From contig NZ_RSDW01000001.1 in assembly GCF_003945235.1 (NCBI RefSeq), forward strand, positions 1,680,001 to 1,712,000: DNA of 32,000 nt, written 5' to 3'. Each line of letters begins with the position of its first letter. The first letter of the stretch is position 1. The position numbers and the translations under genes are program-made. Positions 8,209-16,358 of the stretch are shown here, piece after piece. Under the pieces are notes generated by a model. It was not told the DNA's origin. It saw only the letters and a list, made by a program, of their open reading frames with translations, and did no database searches. This DNA comes from Edaphobacter aggregans (GTDB lineage Bacteria > Acidobacteriota > Terriglobia > Terriglobales > Acidobacteriaceae).

Positions 8209-9732
8209 TTAGTTGAAGCCTCTTCGGGTACGGTTGCGAGCAGCCTCGTCGCGTTCTATCTCACGTTCACGCATGCGCTCGGCATATTGACTGGCTTGAT
8301 CGACGCGCTGTTTCTTTTCCGCCGCAGTGAAGCTGCGCTCCTCGGTACGGCTGATGCGCTTATGGGCGGTCATGCCTTCAAGAAGAAACTCGGCCGCACT
8401 CACGGCAACCTCAGGCGACGACTTACCGTTGATCTTCAGCGGCGACAACTTTTCAAACAGGCCCTGAATCTGTTGCAGCTCAGCAAGCGAGCCTGAAGAG
8501 GGTTGCGTATCGTTGAGCTGAACAGTGCCACCAAGATTGAACCACTGCTCGATCTGTTGCGTGTCGGTACCGGCAAAGTACTTGTCGAAGATGCCCGCGA
8601 CACTGGTGCGAATAATCTCTCGGATGACCGTATCGGCACCGCGCATCTCGCCCTCATACTCTAGCTCGATCTTGCCTGTGATGCCAGGCAGCGCAGCGTA
8701 AATGTCGCCAACGCGGGGGACGACGAGCTCCTCGTCATGAAGCAACGCACGGCGTTCCGCATTCGAAAGCACCAGCTCCATCGTGCTGATGGGCAGCCTC
8801 TGCGAGACTCCCGAACGCTTATCGACCTTCTTATCCTCACGTGCGGAGAATGCGATCTGCTCGATGATCTGTCGGATGTAATGTGGGATCTCGATATTGG
8901 ACGCGGGCCGCTCGGACCATGCCTCCTGCGCTGTAATGCTAATGCCTTCCTCGACATCCTCGGGATAGTGCGTGCGAATCTCCGAGCCGATGCGGTCCTT
9001 AAGCGGGGTAACGATCTTACCGCGTGCAGTGTAGTCCTCAGGGTTGGCGCTGAACACGATGGCAACATCAAGCGGCAAGCGCACGGGGTAGCCCTTAATC
9101 TGCACATCGCCCTCCTGCATGATGTTGAAGAGCGCAACCTGAATCTTGCCGGCAAGGTCGGGGAGTTCGTTGATCGCGAAGATGCCACGATTGGCGCGAG
9201 GTAGCAGGCCATAGTGCATGGTCAGTTCAGACCCAAGATCCTGATTGCTGCGCGCCGCTTTAATCGGGTCGATATCGCCCACAAGGTCGGCCACCGTCAC
9301 ATCAGGCGTGGCAAGCTTTTCGACAAAGCGGTCATCCGGCGTAAGCCAAGCGATCGGCGTGTCGTCTCCCATCTTCGCAATCAGGTCGCGCGCAAACTTC
9401 GAGATAGGAGCGTACGGGTTGTCGCGGGTTTCCGCACCCGCAACATAGGGAGTCGCAGGATCAAGCAGCGTAGTCAGAGACCGAAGAATGCGCGACTTCG
9501 CCTGTCCGCGAAGACCGAGCAGAATGAAATTGTGGCGCGAGAGGACAGCATTCACAATCTGCGGAACCACCGTGTCCTGGTATCCGACAATCCCCGGAAA
9601 GAGCGTTTCCTTCGACCGCAGCTTGGCAATCAGATTCTCGCGAAGCTCGTCTTTGACGCTGCGGGCAAGGCGTTGGGGAGTAAACTCGCTGGCCCGGAGG
9701 GCGCCTAATGTGGTCGGAAGAGGAGTCGCCAT
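8209..9732 (-). CDS. ChlI/BchI-like AAA+ ATPase (often annotated as Mg-chelatase-like or sigma-54-interaction-domain protein)
   Basis: Collinear with BchI/ChlI: LLGLRGQAKSR (P-loop position), RGIFAINELPDL (Walker B position), VQIKGYPVRLPLDVAIVFSANPEDY, PLKDRIG. Long C-terminal extension. Confidence 0.88.
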   Translation of the reverse strand: MATPLPTTLGALRASEFTPQRLARSVKDELRENLIAKLRSKETLFPGIVGYQDTVVPQIVNAVLSRHNFILLGLRGQAKSRILRSLTTLLDPATPYVAGAETRDNPYAPISKFARDLIAKMGDDTPIAWLTPDDRFVEKLATPDVTVADLVGDIDPIKAARSNQDLGSELTMHYGLLPRANRGIFAINELPDLAGKIQVALFNIMQEGDVQIKGYPVRLPLDVAIVFSANPEDYTARGKIVTPLKDRIGSEIRTHYPEDVEEGISITAQEAWSERPASNIEIPHYIRQIIEQIAFSAREDKKVDKRSGVSQRLPISTMELVLSNAERRALLHDEELVVPRVGDIYAALPGITGKIELEYEGEMRGADTVIREIIRTSVAGIFDKYFAGTDTQQIEQWFNLGGTVQLNDTQPSSGSLAELQQIQGLFEKLSPLKINGKSSPEVAVSAAEFLLEGMTAHKRISRTEERSFTAAEKKQRVDQASQYAERMREREIERDEAARNRTRRGFN

Positions 9733-9773
9733 GGTCTAAGTATAGATGTTTAGCAATACAGAAGGACTCGGGA

Positions 9774-10085
9774 CTAGCGGCTCAGATCCTCGCGAAGAGC
9801 TTCCATCTCAGCCAGGGCGTGCTGGTTGCCCGTACGGTTAGCCGCCGCGATGCCACTGTGCAGGCGCTCGAGAGCCTCTTCAGCGCGCCCCGCCTTGGCA
9901 AGAGTCTGGGCAGACATCTGATAGGCAGGAACATAATCAGGGCTGTGTTCAATGAGCGTGGTGAATTCAATGAGAGCGGCATCAATATTGCCCTTGCTGA
10001 CGTGCTCCATGGCGAGGCCATAGCGCGCAAAGGCGTTCGTCGGGTCAAGTTGCAGAATTTCGAGGAGAGCGGAGGTCTTGTCCAT
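9774..10085 (-). CDS. Small TPR-repeat protein
   Basis: 103 aa from the ATG at 10085 (MDKTSALLEILQLDPTNAFARYGLAMEH...). It has TPR-like A/Y/G spacing. The longer track ORF (to 10292) would overlap the divergent thioesterase gene and its extra N-terminus looks non-coding. Confidence 0.7.
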   Translation of the reverse strand: MDKTSALLEILQLDPTNAFARYGLAMEHVSKGNIDAALIEFTTLIEHSPDYVPAYQMSAQTLAKAGRAEEALERLHSGIAAANRTGNQHALAEMEALREDLSR

Positions 10086-10170
10086 AAGGGTATGGTGCGG
10101 TGAGCGATGCCCTGTTTGCAAGCCGTAAGCCTTTGGAACGCCCCCAGGCGAAGCAATTACACTGGTAAGA

Positions 10171-10692
10171 ATGAGTGATTTGGTTTTGACACGTACCGTA
10201 GCGGAGTCGCAGTCCGAGCGCAGTGAGATTATCTTCCCTGCCGACGCGAATGCCCTGGGAAATCTCTTTGGTGGCCGGTTGATGCAGTACATCGATCTGG
10301 TAGGAGCGATGGCGGCAAGCCGTCACGCACGCGCGATTACAGTAACCGCAAGCATGGATCACCTGGACTTCGTCGCTCCCGTGCGCGTCGGCGACCTGCT
10401 GATCCTGAAGGCCAGCGTGAACCGCGCCTACAAGACGTCTATGGAAGTCGGAGTAAAGGCCATGGTTGAGGATGTGCGGCAGAACCGGATCCGTCACGTC
10501 TCGTCTGCCTACCTCACTTATGTAGCTGTAGACAAAGACGGAGGCCGGCTCGTCGTCCCACAGGTAGTTCCGGAGACCGACCACCAAAAGCGCCGCTACG
10601 AAGACGCAGCACGGAGGCGCGAGATGCGCTCAGGCGAGACGCTGCGCAAGAAAGATCTGCGCGTGATCCTGGGCGATGAGTGGCACGTTTAG
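10171..10692 (+). CDS. Acyl-CoA thioesterase (hotdog fold, YciA/Acot-like)
   Basis: IFPADANALGNLFGGRLMQYIDLVGAMAASRHARAITVTASMDHLDFVAPVRVGDLLILKASVNRAYKTSMEVGV is the classic acyl-CoA thioester hydrolase hotdog core. Confidence 0.85.
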   Translation: MSDLVLTRTVAESQSERSEIIFPADANALGNLFGGRLMQYIDLVGAMAASRHARAITVTASMDHLDFVAPVRVGDLLILKASVNRAYKTSMEVGVKAMVEDVRQNRIRHVSSAYLTYVAVDKDGGRLVVPQVVPETDHQKRRYEDAARRREMRSGETLRKKDLRVILGDEWHV

Positions 10693-10774
10693 AAACCAGC
10701 GCCGGCACGGCAAGTAACTCATTTGCCGCTCAGAACCGGCCCAACAACGCAGGGGCAATTTTCAGGAGAACATT

Positions 10775-11608
10775 ATGGGACACATGGGAGCAGGAGCACC
10801 GCAGGGGCCGCAGCCTCTGCCCGGAGTAGCGCACGTAGTAGCCGTCGGCAGCGGCAAGGGTGGCGTAGGCAAGACGACCGTTGCAGTGAACCTGGCAGTC
10901 GCCCTCGGCAAACTCGGCTATAAAGTCGGCCTGATCGACGCAGACATCTATGGCCCGAACGTCCCCACGATGATGGGCGTCACCCGCCAGCCAAACATCG
11001 TCGGCGAGAACCGCATCGAGCCGATCCTCTCGCACGGAGTCAAGTTCATCTCCGTCGGCTTGATCTCCCCGGGCGACAAACCCATGGTCATGCGCGGCCC
11101 GATGCTGCACCAGATCATCCGTCAATTCCTGCAGCAGGTGGAGTGGGGCGAACTCGACTTCCTCATCGTCGACCTGCCGCCAGGCACAGGCGATGTCGTC
11201 ATCTCACTCGTCCAGACGGTCCCCCTCACCGGCGCAGTCGTAGTATCCACTGGATCGAGCGTTGCCCTGCAGGACGCCCGCAAGGCCCTCGAGATGTTCC
11301 ACCAGGTAAAGGTCGAAGTCATTGGCTTGGTAGAGAACATGTCACAGATGACGCTGCCCAGCGGCGAGGTCATCGACGTCTTCGGTGCAGGTGGAACCGA
11401 GCGCACAGCCGCTCAGTTCGGCCTCGAGTTCCTCGGTGCGCTTGAGTTGAATCCTCAGATCCGCGAAGGCGGCGACAAAGGACTGCCGATCAGCCTCGCG
11501 GGCCCGGATTCCGCCCTCGCAAAGGACTTTTACACCGTTGCAAAGAAGGTGGCGGATAAAGCTAAAGAGATTGCGTCTAAAAGTGAGGACGTGCTGGAAA
11601 TCAGCTAA
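10775..11608 (+). CDS. Mrp/NBP35-family P-loop ATPase (cysteine-free variant, no DUF59 domain)
   Basis: Deviant Walker A GSGKGGVGKTT and the Mrp signature WGELDFLIVDLPPGTGD are present. AGGAGA RBS. The translated protein contains no Cys at all. Confidence 0.88.
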   Translation: MGHMGAGAPQGPQPLPGVAHVVAVGSGKGGVGKTTVAVNLAVALGKLGYKVGLIDADIYGPNVPTMMGVTRQPNIVGENRIEPILSHGVKFISVGLISPGDKPMVMRGPMLHQIIRQFLQQVEWGELDFLIVDLPPGTGDVVISLVQTVPLTGAVVVSTGSSVALQDARKALEMFHQVKVEVIGLVENMSQMTLPSGEVIDVFGAGGTERTAAQFGLEFLGALELNPQIREGGDKGLPISLAGPDSALAKDFYTVAKKVADKAKEIASKSEDVLEIS

Positions 11609-11664
11609 CATCGCCTGCTTGACGGCGCGGTAGACTCTAGGCAAGCAGCACGAGGGAGGTAAGG

Positions 11665-12738
11665 ATGGCGGACGCAGAGCGGGTAACGGCGCGGCAGCGA
11701 GCCATTCTTACGGCCATCATCGAGAGCTACATCGAGACCGGAGAGCCGGTAGGCTCCAGCACAATTGCGCGCCTGCAACATGGCGGCGGCGGAATGAGTC
11801 CCGCCACCATCCGCAACGAGATGGCTGAACTCGCAGACGTAGGCTTGCTCGAACAGCCGCACACCTCTGCAGGTCGAGTCCCCACAGCCCGCGCCTTCCG
11901 CATGTATGTCGAGCAGCTAAGCGGCGGAGCCCATCCACGAATCGACGCAGCCCGCCTCCCCGCCAGATCACGGATGCATATCGACTCCAGCTTTGCAGGT
12001 GTAGCCGGAACCCAGGCGGTTCTCGAACGAACCTCGCACGTCCTCGCCACACTCTCAAGCGGCGTCGGCGTGGCGATCGCCGCAGCCACCGAAGGAGACA
12101 TGCTGGAGCACGTCCACTTTTCGAGACTGGCTCCTGCCCGCGTCTTAGCGGTCGTCGTAACGCGAAGCGGTCTCGTTCGCGACCGTGTACTAGCCCTCGA
12201 CCATGACCTTTCGCTCCTCGAACTGGAGACCGCGGCGAACTTCCTCAATGAAAACTTCCGCGGCTGGAGCGTCGAGCGCGTCAGATCTGAGATCGCCCGG
12301 CTGGTCGAGCGAGAGCGCAGCGAGTATCAGCGAGTCCTGAACGCCGTCCAGCAGCTCTGGACCAAGACCGTACCCGAAAGCGCCGTCCCCATTCAGACCG
12401 TCTACGTCGAGGGCGTGGCCAATCTCATCGGCAACCAGATCGATGGAGACCGTCTCCGCGAAATGCTGGCAGCGCTCGAAGCCAAACAGCGCCTGATAGA
12501 GCTTCTGAACGCCTATATCGACTCCCACCAGGAGAGCGTCCGCGTCGTCTTCGATCTCGAAGAGCACGCACCCGAGATGCAAGGCCTAGTCCTGATCGCA
12601 GCTCCAGCCCTGGCAGCCGGAGAAAGCCGCGGCACAGTCGGCGTAATCGGAACCAAGCGGATCGACTACGAGAACACCATGAATGCGGTCAGCTACATCT
12701 CACAAGTCTTTGATCGAATGTTGCATCCCACAGAGTAA
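11665..12738 (+). CDS. hrcA: Heat-inducible transcription repressor HrcA
   Basis: N-terminal winged-helix region RQRAILTAIIESYIETGEPVGSSTIA..., followed by IRNEMAELADVGLLEQPHTSAGRVPT, and the overall length are typical of HrcA. GGGAGG RBS. Followed by grpE and dnaJ. Confidence 0.95.
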   Translation: MADAERVTARQRAILTAIIESYIETGEPVGSSTIARLQHGGGGMSPATIRNEMAELADVGLLEQPHTSAGRVPTARAFRMYVEQLSGGAHPRIDAARLPARSRMHIDSSFAGVAGTQAVLERTSHVLATLSSGVGVAIAAATEGDMLEHVHFSRLAPARVLAVVVTRSGLVRDRVLALDHDLSLLELETAANFLNENFRGWSVERVRSEIARLVERERSEYQRVLNAVQQLWTKTVPESAVPIQTVYVEGVANLIGNQIDGDRLREMLAALEAKQRLIELLNAYIDSHQESVRVVFDLEEHAPEMQGLVLIAAPALAAGESRGTVGVIGTKRIDYENTMNAVSYISQVFDRMLHPTE

Positions 12739-12901
12739 GCGTAGCCCGGCCAATCCACAGTAGCGAATTCCGTGCCCTGAAAAGATGTGAGTCGCAAAGA
12801 CTCAACATGGAGATACTGAAAATAAAAGACTTACCCAATCTACCTATTAATGGCTCTCGCGCGATCGCTCAGGATGAGCAACAATAGAGAGGTAACCAAA
12901 C

Positions 12902-13462
12902 ATGAGGAGTAGGGCAAAGATGCAAGACGAGATGACCGTACAGGCTTCGCACGAGGGTGAAGCCGCCCCCGCACCCGAGCCGGTAATGGAGAACGCGGCA
13001 CAAACCGAAATCGAGCAGCTAAAGGGTGAGCGGGATCAACTATTGGACCGGCTGGCGCGCCTGCAGGCTGAATTCGATAACGCTCGCAAACGCGAGATCA
13101 AAGAGCGCGCAGACACCCGCGACTACACCATCTCCAACACAGTTGAGCCCTTTCTCGGCGTCATGGACAACTTCCAGCTCGCCCTCAAGGCCGACGGCAC
13201 CGTAGAGCAGCTCCGCGGCGGCGTCGAATTGATTCTGAAGCAGATGGAAGACGCTCTGCGCGGCTTGCAGGTCGTCGCGGTAGAGTCGGTCGGCGCACAA
13301 TTCGATCCCCGAGTCCATGAGGCCTTGGGAAGCATCGAAACAAAGGAGTTCCCCGATCATCAAGTGGTCGAAGAGATTCGCCGGGGATACAAGATCCGCG
13401 AGAAGCTCCTGCGTCCGGCGCTGGTGAAAATTGCAGTCAATCCGGCCCAGGTATCGGACTAA
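12902..13462 (+). CDS. grpE: Nucleotide exchange factor GrpE
   Basis: Coiled-coil LKGERDQLLDRLARLQAEFDNARKR plus the C-terminal beta domain FDPRVHEALGSIE...GYKIREKLLRPALVKIA. The start could alternatively be the ATG at 12920. Confidence 0.9.
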   Translation: MRSRAKMQDEMTVQASHEGEAAPAPEPVMENAAQTEIEQLKGERDQLLDRLARLQAEFDNARKREIKERADTRDYTISNTVEPFLGVMDNFQLALKADGTVEQLRGGVELILKQMEDALRGLQVVAVESVGAQFDPRVHEALGSIETKEFPDHQVVEEIRRGYKIREKLLRPALVKIAVNPAQVSD

Positions 13463-13529
13463 CAGGAACAAGCAACTGGATTCAGATTCGAGTTTTTGGA
13501 TGCAGCGGTAGAAAGAGACTTTAGGAAAC

Positions 13530-14675
13530 ATGGCGACGGCGAACGTGACGAAATTGGATTTCTACGAAGTATTGAGTGTCTCCCGGGACGCGAATGACCA
13601 AGAGCTGAAGACGGCATATCGCAAACTGGCGATGCAGTACCACCCCGACCGGAACCCCGGCGATCACGCGGCTGAAGAGAAGTTCAAGGAGTGCAGCGAG
13701 GCCTACCAGGTCCTCAGCGACCCCGACAAGCGCGCCGCCTACGACCGCTACGGCCACGCAGCCTTCAACGGAGGTGGCGGCGGCAATCCCTTTACCGGCG
13801 GTGGCTTCGGCGGAGCCCAGGACCTCGGCGACATCTTCGGCGATCTCTTCGGCGAGATGTTCAACATGGGCGGCGGCGGCAATCGCAAAGCCTCCCGTGT
13901 CCAGCGCGGCCGCGATCTGCGCTACGACCTCACGCTCGAGTTCGAGGAAGCCGTCTTCGGCATCGAGAAGGAGATCACCATCCGCCGCATGGAGACCTGC
14001 AACGACTGCAAGGGCTCCGGCGCAGCCAAGGGCAAGGCAGCGGCTACCTGCACACAATGCGGCGGGCGCGGTCAGCAGCGCTTTCAGCAGGGATTCTTCT
14101 CCGTAGCCCGCACCTGCACGGTCTGCGGCGGCACCGGAACCCTGATCGTTGATCCATGCAGCACCTGCCGTGGTGAAACGCGCGTCCAGACCGAGCACAA
14201 GATCCTCGTCAAGGTCCCAGCTGGGGTCGAGCAAGACACGCGTATCCGGTACCAGGGCGAAGGCGAGGCCGGAAAGTTTGCCGGCCCTGCGGGCGATCTC
14301 TACGTCGTGCTGAACGTGAAGGCCCACAAGTTCTTCGAGCGCGATGGCGACGATCTCCACTGCGTCATGCCGATCTCATTCCCGCAGGCTGCGTTGGGAA
14401 CTGAACTCGAAATCCAGACGCTCGAAGGCCCAGCGAGCATCAAGGTCCCCGAAGGCACCCAGAGCGGCCGTGAGTTCAAGCTACGCGGAAAAGGCGTGCC
14501 GCATCTGAACGCGCACGGCAAAGGCGATCTGATCGTCCAAATTCGTGTACAGACCCCAACCAAGCTCAGTCGAGCCCAGAAGGATCTACTACGCCAGTTG
14601 GGCGACACGATGGTCGTCGAGAACACGCCCACTTCCCCAGGCCTGTTTGAAAAGGTCAAGGAGATCTTCAGCTAA
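13530..14675 (+). CDS. dnaJ: Molecular chaperone DnaJ (type I Hsp40)
   Basis: J domain (DFYEVLSVSRDANDQELKTAYRKLAMQYHPDRNPGD), G/F-rich linker, and four CxxCxGxG zinc motifs (CNDCKGSG, CTQCGGRG, CTVCGGTG, CSTCRGET). Confidence 0.97.
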   Translation: MATANVTKLDFYEVLSVSRDANDQELKTAYRKLAMQYHPDRNPGDHAAEEKFKECSEAYQVLSDPDKRAAYDRYGHAAFNGGGGGNPFTGGGFGGAQDLGDIFGDLFGEMFNMGGGGNRKASRVQRGRDLRYDLTLEFEEAVFGIEKEITIRRMETCNDCKGSGAAKGKAAATCTQCGGRGQQRFQQGFFSVARTCTVCGGTGTLIVDPCSTCRGETRVQTEHKILVKVPAGVEQDTRIRYQGEGEAGKFAGPAGDLYVVLNVKAHKFFERDGDDLHCVMPISFPQAALGTELEIQTLEGPASIKVPEGTQSGREFKLRGKGVPHLNAHGKGDLIVQIRVQTPTKLSRAQKDLLRQLGDTMVVENTPTSPGLFEKVKEIFS

Positions 14676-14718
14676 GAGTAATTGTCGAAACTCAGGCTAG
14701 CCGTATATGCGAGGGGCT

Positions 14719-15444
14719 CTACCCAATGCTTGAGCCGACAATCGCAATAGCGGCAATCGCCGCTGTCTCAGCCCGCAAAATGCGCGGCCCCAGCGTCACA
14801 GGCTGCCACTGATACTGCACAAACAGCGCCATCTCCTCCGGCGTCCAGCCACCCTCCGGCCCAATGGCGAGCGCAGTGTCGCTCTCCTGAGTTGAAGTCT
14901 TCGCATTCGCAAGCGCTGACGACAGGGTAGTTCCCTGCTCTGTCTCGCTCAGCAGTATCCGCGTCGGACTTTGCTCCTCATCGAGCGCCTGCTTCAGCCC
15001 AACAGGATCGGCGATCTCTGGAATCGTAGTCCGGCGCGACTGCTTCGAAGCCTCCAGAGCGATACGCCGCCAGCGCTCAACCCGTTTGGCCGCCGCCTGA
15101 GCCAAATGTTTTTCCGTCCGGCGAGCCAGAATTGGCGTTATGCGAAAGACGCCCAGCTCCGTAGCCTTCTCGATGGCCCACTCCATGTGGTCGAACTTGA
15201 AGACGGCAAGCAAGAGGTGCAGCGGCAGAGCAGCGTCCGACTCAAGCTCCTCATGCAGCGCAAAAACAACCTCGCCATCCCCGACGTTCGTAATCTCAGC
15301 CCGGTGAAGAAATCCCCCTGCCACAACGTCGAAGATCTGTCCCGGCTCGGCACGCAAAACTCGGGCCAGATGAGCAGCCTGCTCGCCGGTCAGGGTAGCT
15401 GTGGTTGGTGTCCAAGCGTCGGCAATCCAGCGGCGGCGAGTCAT
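14719..15444 (-). CDS. rsmE: 16S rRNA (uracil1498-N3)-methyltransferase RsmE
   Basis: N-terminal PUA-like HLARVLRAEPGQIFDVV and a C-terminal SPOUT knot (AIGPEGGWTPEE...LGPRILRAETAAIAA). Its ATG overlaps the upstream gene's stop as ATGA (15441-15444). Confidence 0.9.
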   Translation of the reverse strand: MTRRRWIADAWTPTTATLTGEQAAHLARVLRAEPGQIFDVVAGGFLHRAEITNVGDGEVVFALHEELESDAALPLHLLLAVFKFDHMEWAIEKATELGVFRITPILARRTEKHLAQAAAKRVERWRRIALEASKQSRRTTIPEIADPVGLKQALDEEQSPTRILLSETEQGTTLSSALANAKTSTQESDTALAIGPEGGWTPEEMALFVQYQWQPVTLGPRILRAETAAIAAIAIVGSSIG

Positions 15445-16046
15445 TGCTGTTCGGAGTTGGGGCCCTCTACGGAACGTCCTCCCGCGTCAGGAATCACGAT
15501 TGTGATCGGCCCCTGATGGTAAAGATCGACGCTCAGAACCGCGGACTTGCGGCGGTCCCAAACCTCCTTGGTCACGGGGAAGTGGAGCAGGATCATGCCT
15601 TCGGCCGATTTGCCAGGCTCGATCAGCGTCTCGCGCAGCAGCGGCGCTGACGAGAGCTGTTTGACTGCCGGAAAGGCTTCGTACAGAGTATCGAAATCCT
15701 GTTTTTCGGTAGCGCTCGTATGGAACTCTTCCCCATCGACCGTCGTGAGCGTAGCCGTAAAATCCTTCAGGAACAGCGGCAGGTTGAGCCGATCATCGAT
15801 GCGCAGGTTGACCAGCACGTAAAGGTCATCCGACGAATGGTCCCTCCCTACAACGATAGAGTCGGTCGCAAAGACAGTATGAGCCGGGTATATCGCAGTC
15901 TTTGTTATCGTCAGATCGGCTGTCCTATGGGGCGTATAGCGCAATACAAGAGCGAGAACGACACCGAGAACCACGAACGCTATGAGGACCGGGGCAAGGA
16001 GGTTACGACGGGCGGGTTGGGCGAATCGAATATCTGACACTGGCAT
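15441..16046 (-). CDS. Hypothetical membrane-anchored protein (single N-terminal TM, beta-rich ectodomain)
   Basis: 201 aa with TM LLAPVLIAFVVLGVVLALVL. Translationally coupled to rsmE. No family recognised with confidence, and no obvious SD sequence. Confidence 0.65.
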   Translation of the reverse strand: MPVSDIRFAQPARRNLLAPVLIAFVVLGVVLALVLRYTPHRTADLTITKTAIYPAHTVFATDSIVVGRDHSSDDLYVLVNLRIDDRLNLPLFLKDFTATLTTVDGEEFHTSATEKQDFDTLYEAFPAVKQLSSAPLLRETLIEPGKSAEGMILLHFPVTKEVWDRRKSAVLSVDLYHQGPITIVIPDAGGRSVEGPNSEQQ

Positions 16047-16358
16047 CAGGGTAGCAAATCGGGATTATATACACGAATTTGTGACGAAGACACATTTCTT
16101 ATTTCTGTAAATTGTGGTGTTGCAGTCTTTGCGAAATCCCCATCGGCGAAAAGCCCCAACCCCTCGATTCCATCCGTTGCCCGACCCGATCTCGGCCAAT
16201 TTCCGGGCCCACTTAGCCCCTGATCCCCGTCGCCACAAGTTACTACTTTGGTTCCAATCTGGTTTTTTTAGGCATTTCGCTAATAATCAACGGGTTTCCT
16301 CTTGACTCTCAAGTAACCCAGTGTCACTCTAGGCACATCACACGATCCGTTATCGGAC

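Noticed and set aside
9733-10774. oriC (DnaA boxes TTATCCACA) or dif (XerC/D 28-mer with CATAA-N6-TTATG core) at the strand-asymmetry switch
   Set aside because: I found no DnaA-box cluster and no dif-like palindrome in the three intergenic spacers here. Partial look-alikes elsewhere lack the complementary left arm (TTATGTTACGT at 4234-4244; ATATGTCAAGA at 19627-19637, which resembles actinobacterial TTATGTCAAGT).
11634-11643. Shared 10-mer ACTCTAGGCA downstream of a TTGAC motif, upstream of both hrcA (11634-11643) and the XRE regulator (16326-16335)
   Set aside because: The TTGAC-to-motif spacing differs (10 versus 19 nt), so it cannot be one promoter architecture. Identical 10-mers are expected by chance many times in 32 kb. 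It is worth a genome-wide motif count but is not supportable as a regulatory site from this window.
11609-12901. Search for a CIRCE operator (TTAGCACTC-N9-GAGTGCTAA) around hrcA/grpE
   Set aside because: No match found by eye. The only GAGTGC/GCACTC palindrome in the window (16968-16998, GGAGAGTGCC-N11-GGCACTCTCC) has the arms in the opposite order and the wrong spacing. It sits after the XRE gene, so I treat it as a terminator-like hairpin.
13521-14360. 279-aa ORF antisense to dnaJ
   Set aside because: It is fully contained within the well-supported dnaJ gene on the opposite strand. The Ala/Gly/Leu-rich low-complexity translation is typical of shadow ORFs in high-GC DNA, and it has no RBS.
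16114-16305. 63-aa ORF in the long spacer upstream of the XRE regulator
   Set aside because: The translation is Pro/Arg/His-rich, with no RBS and no hydrophobic or structured character.
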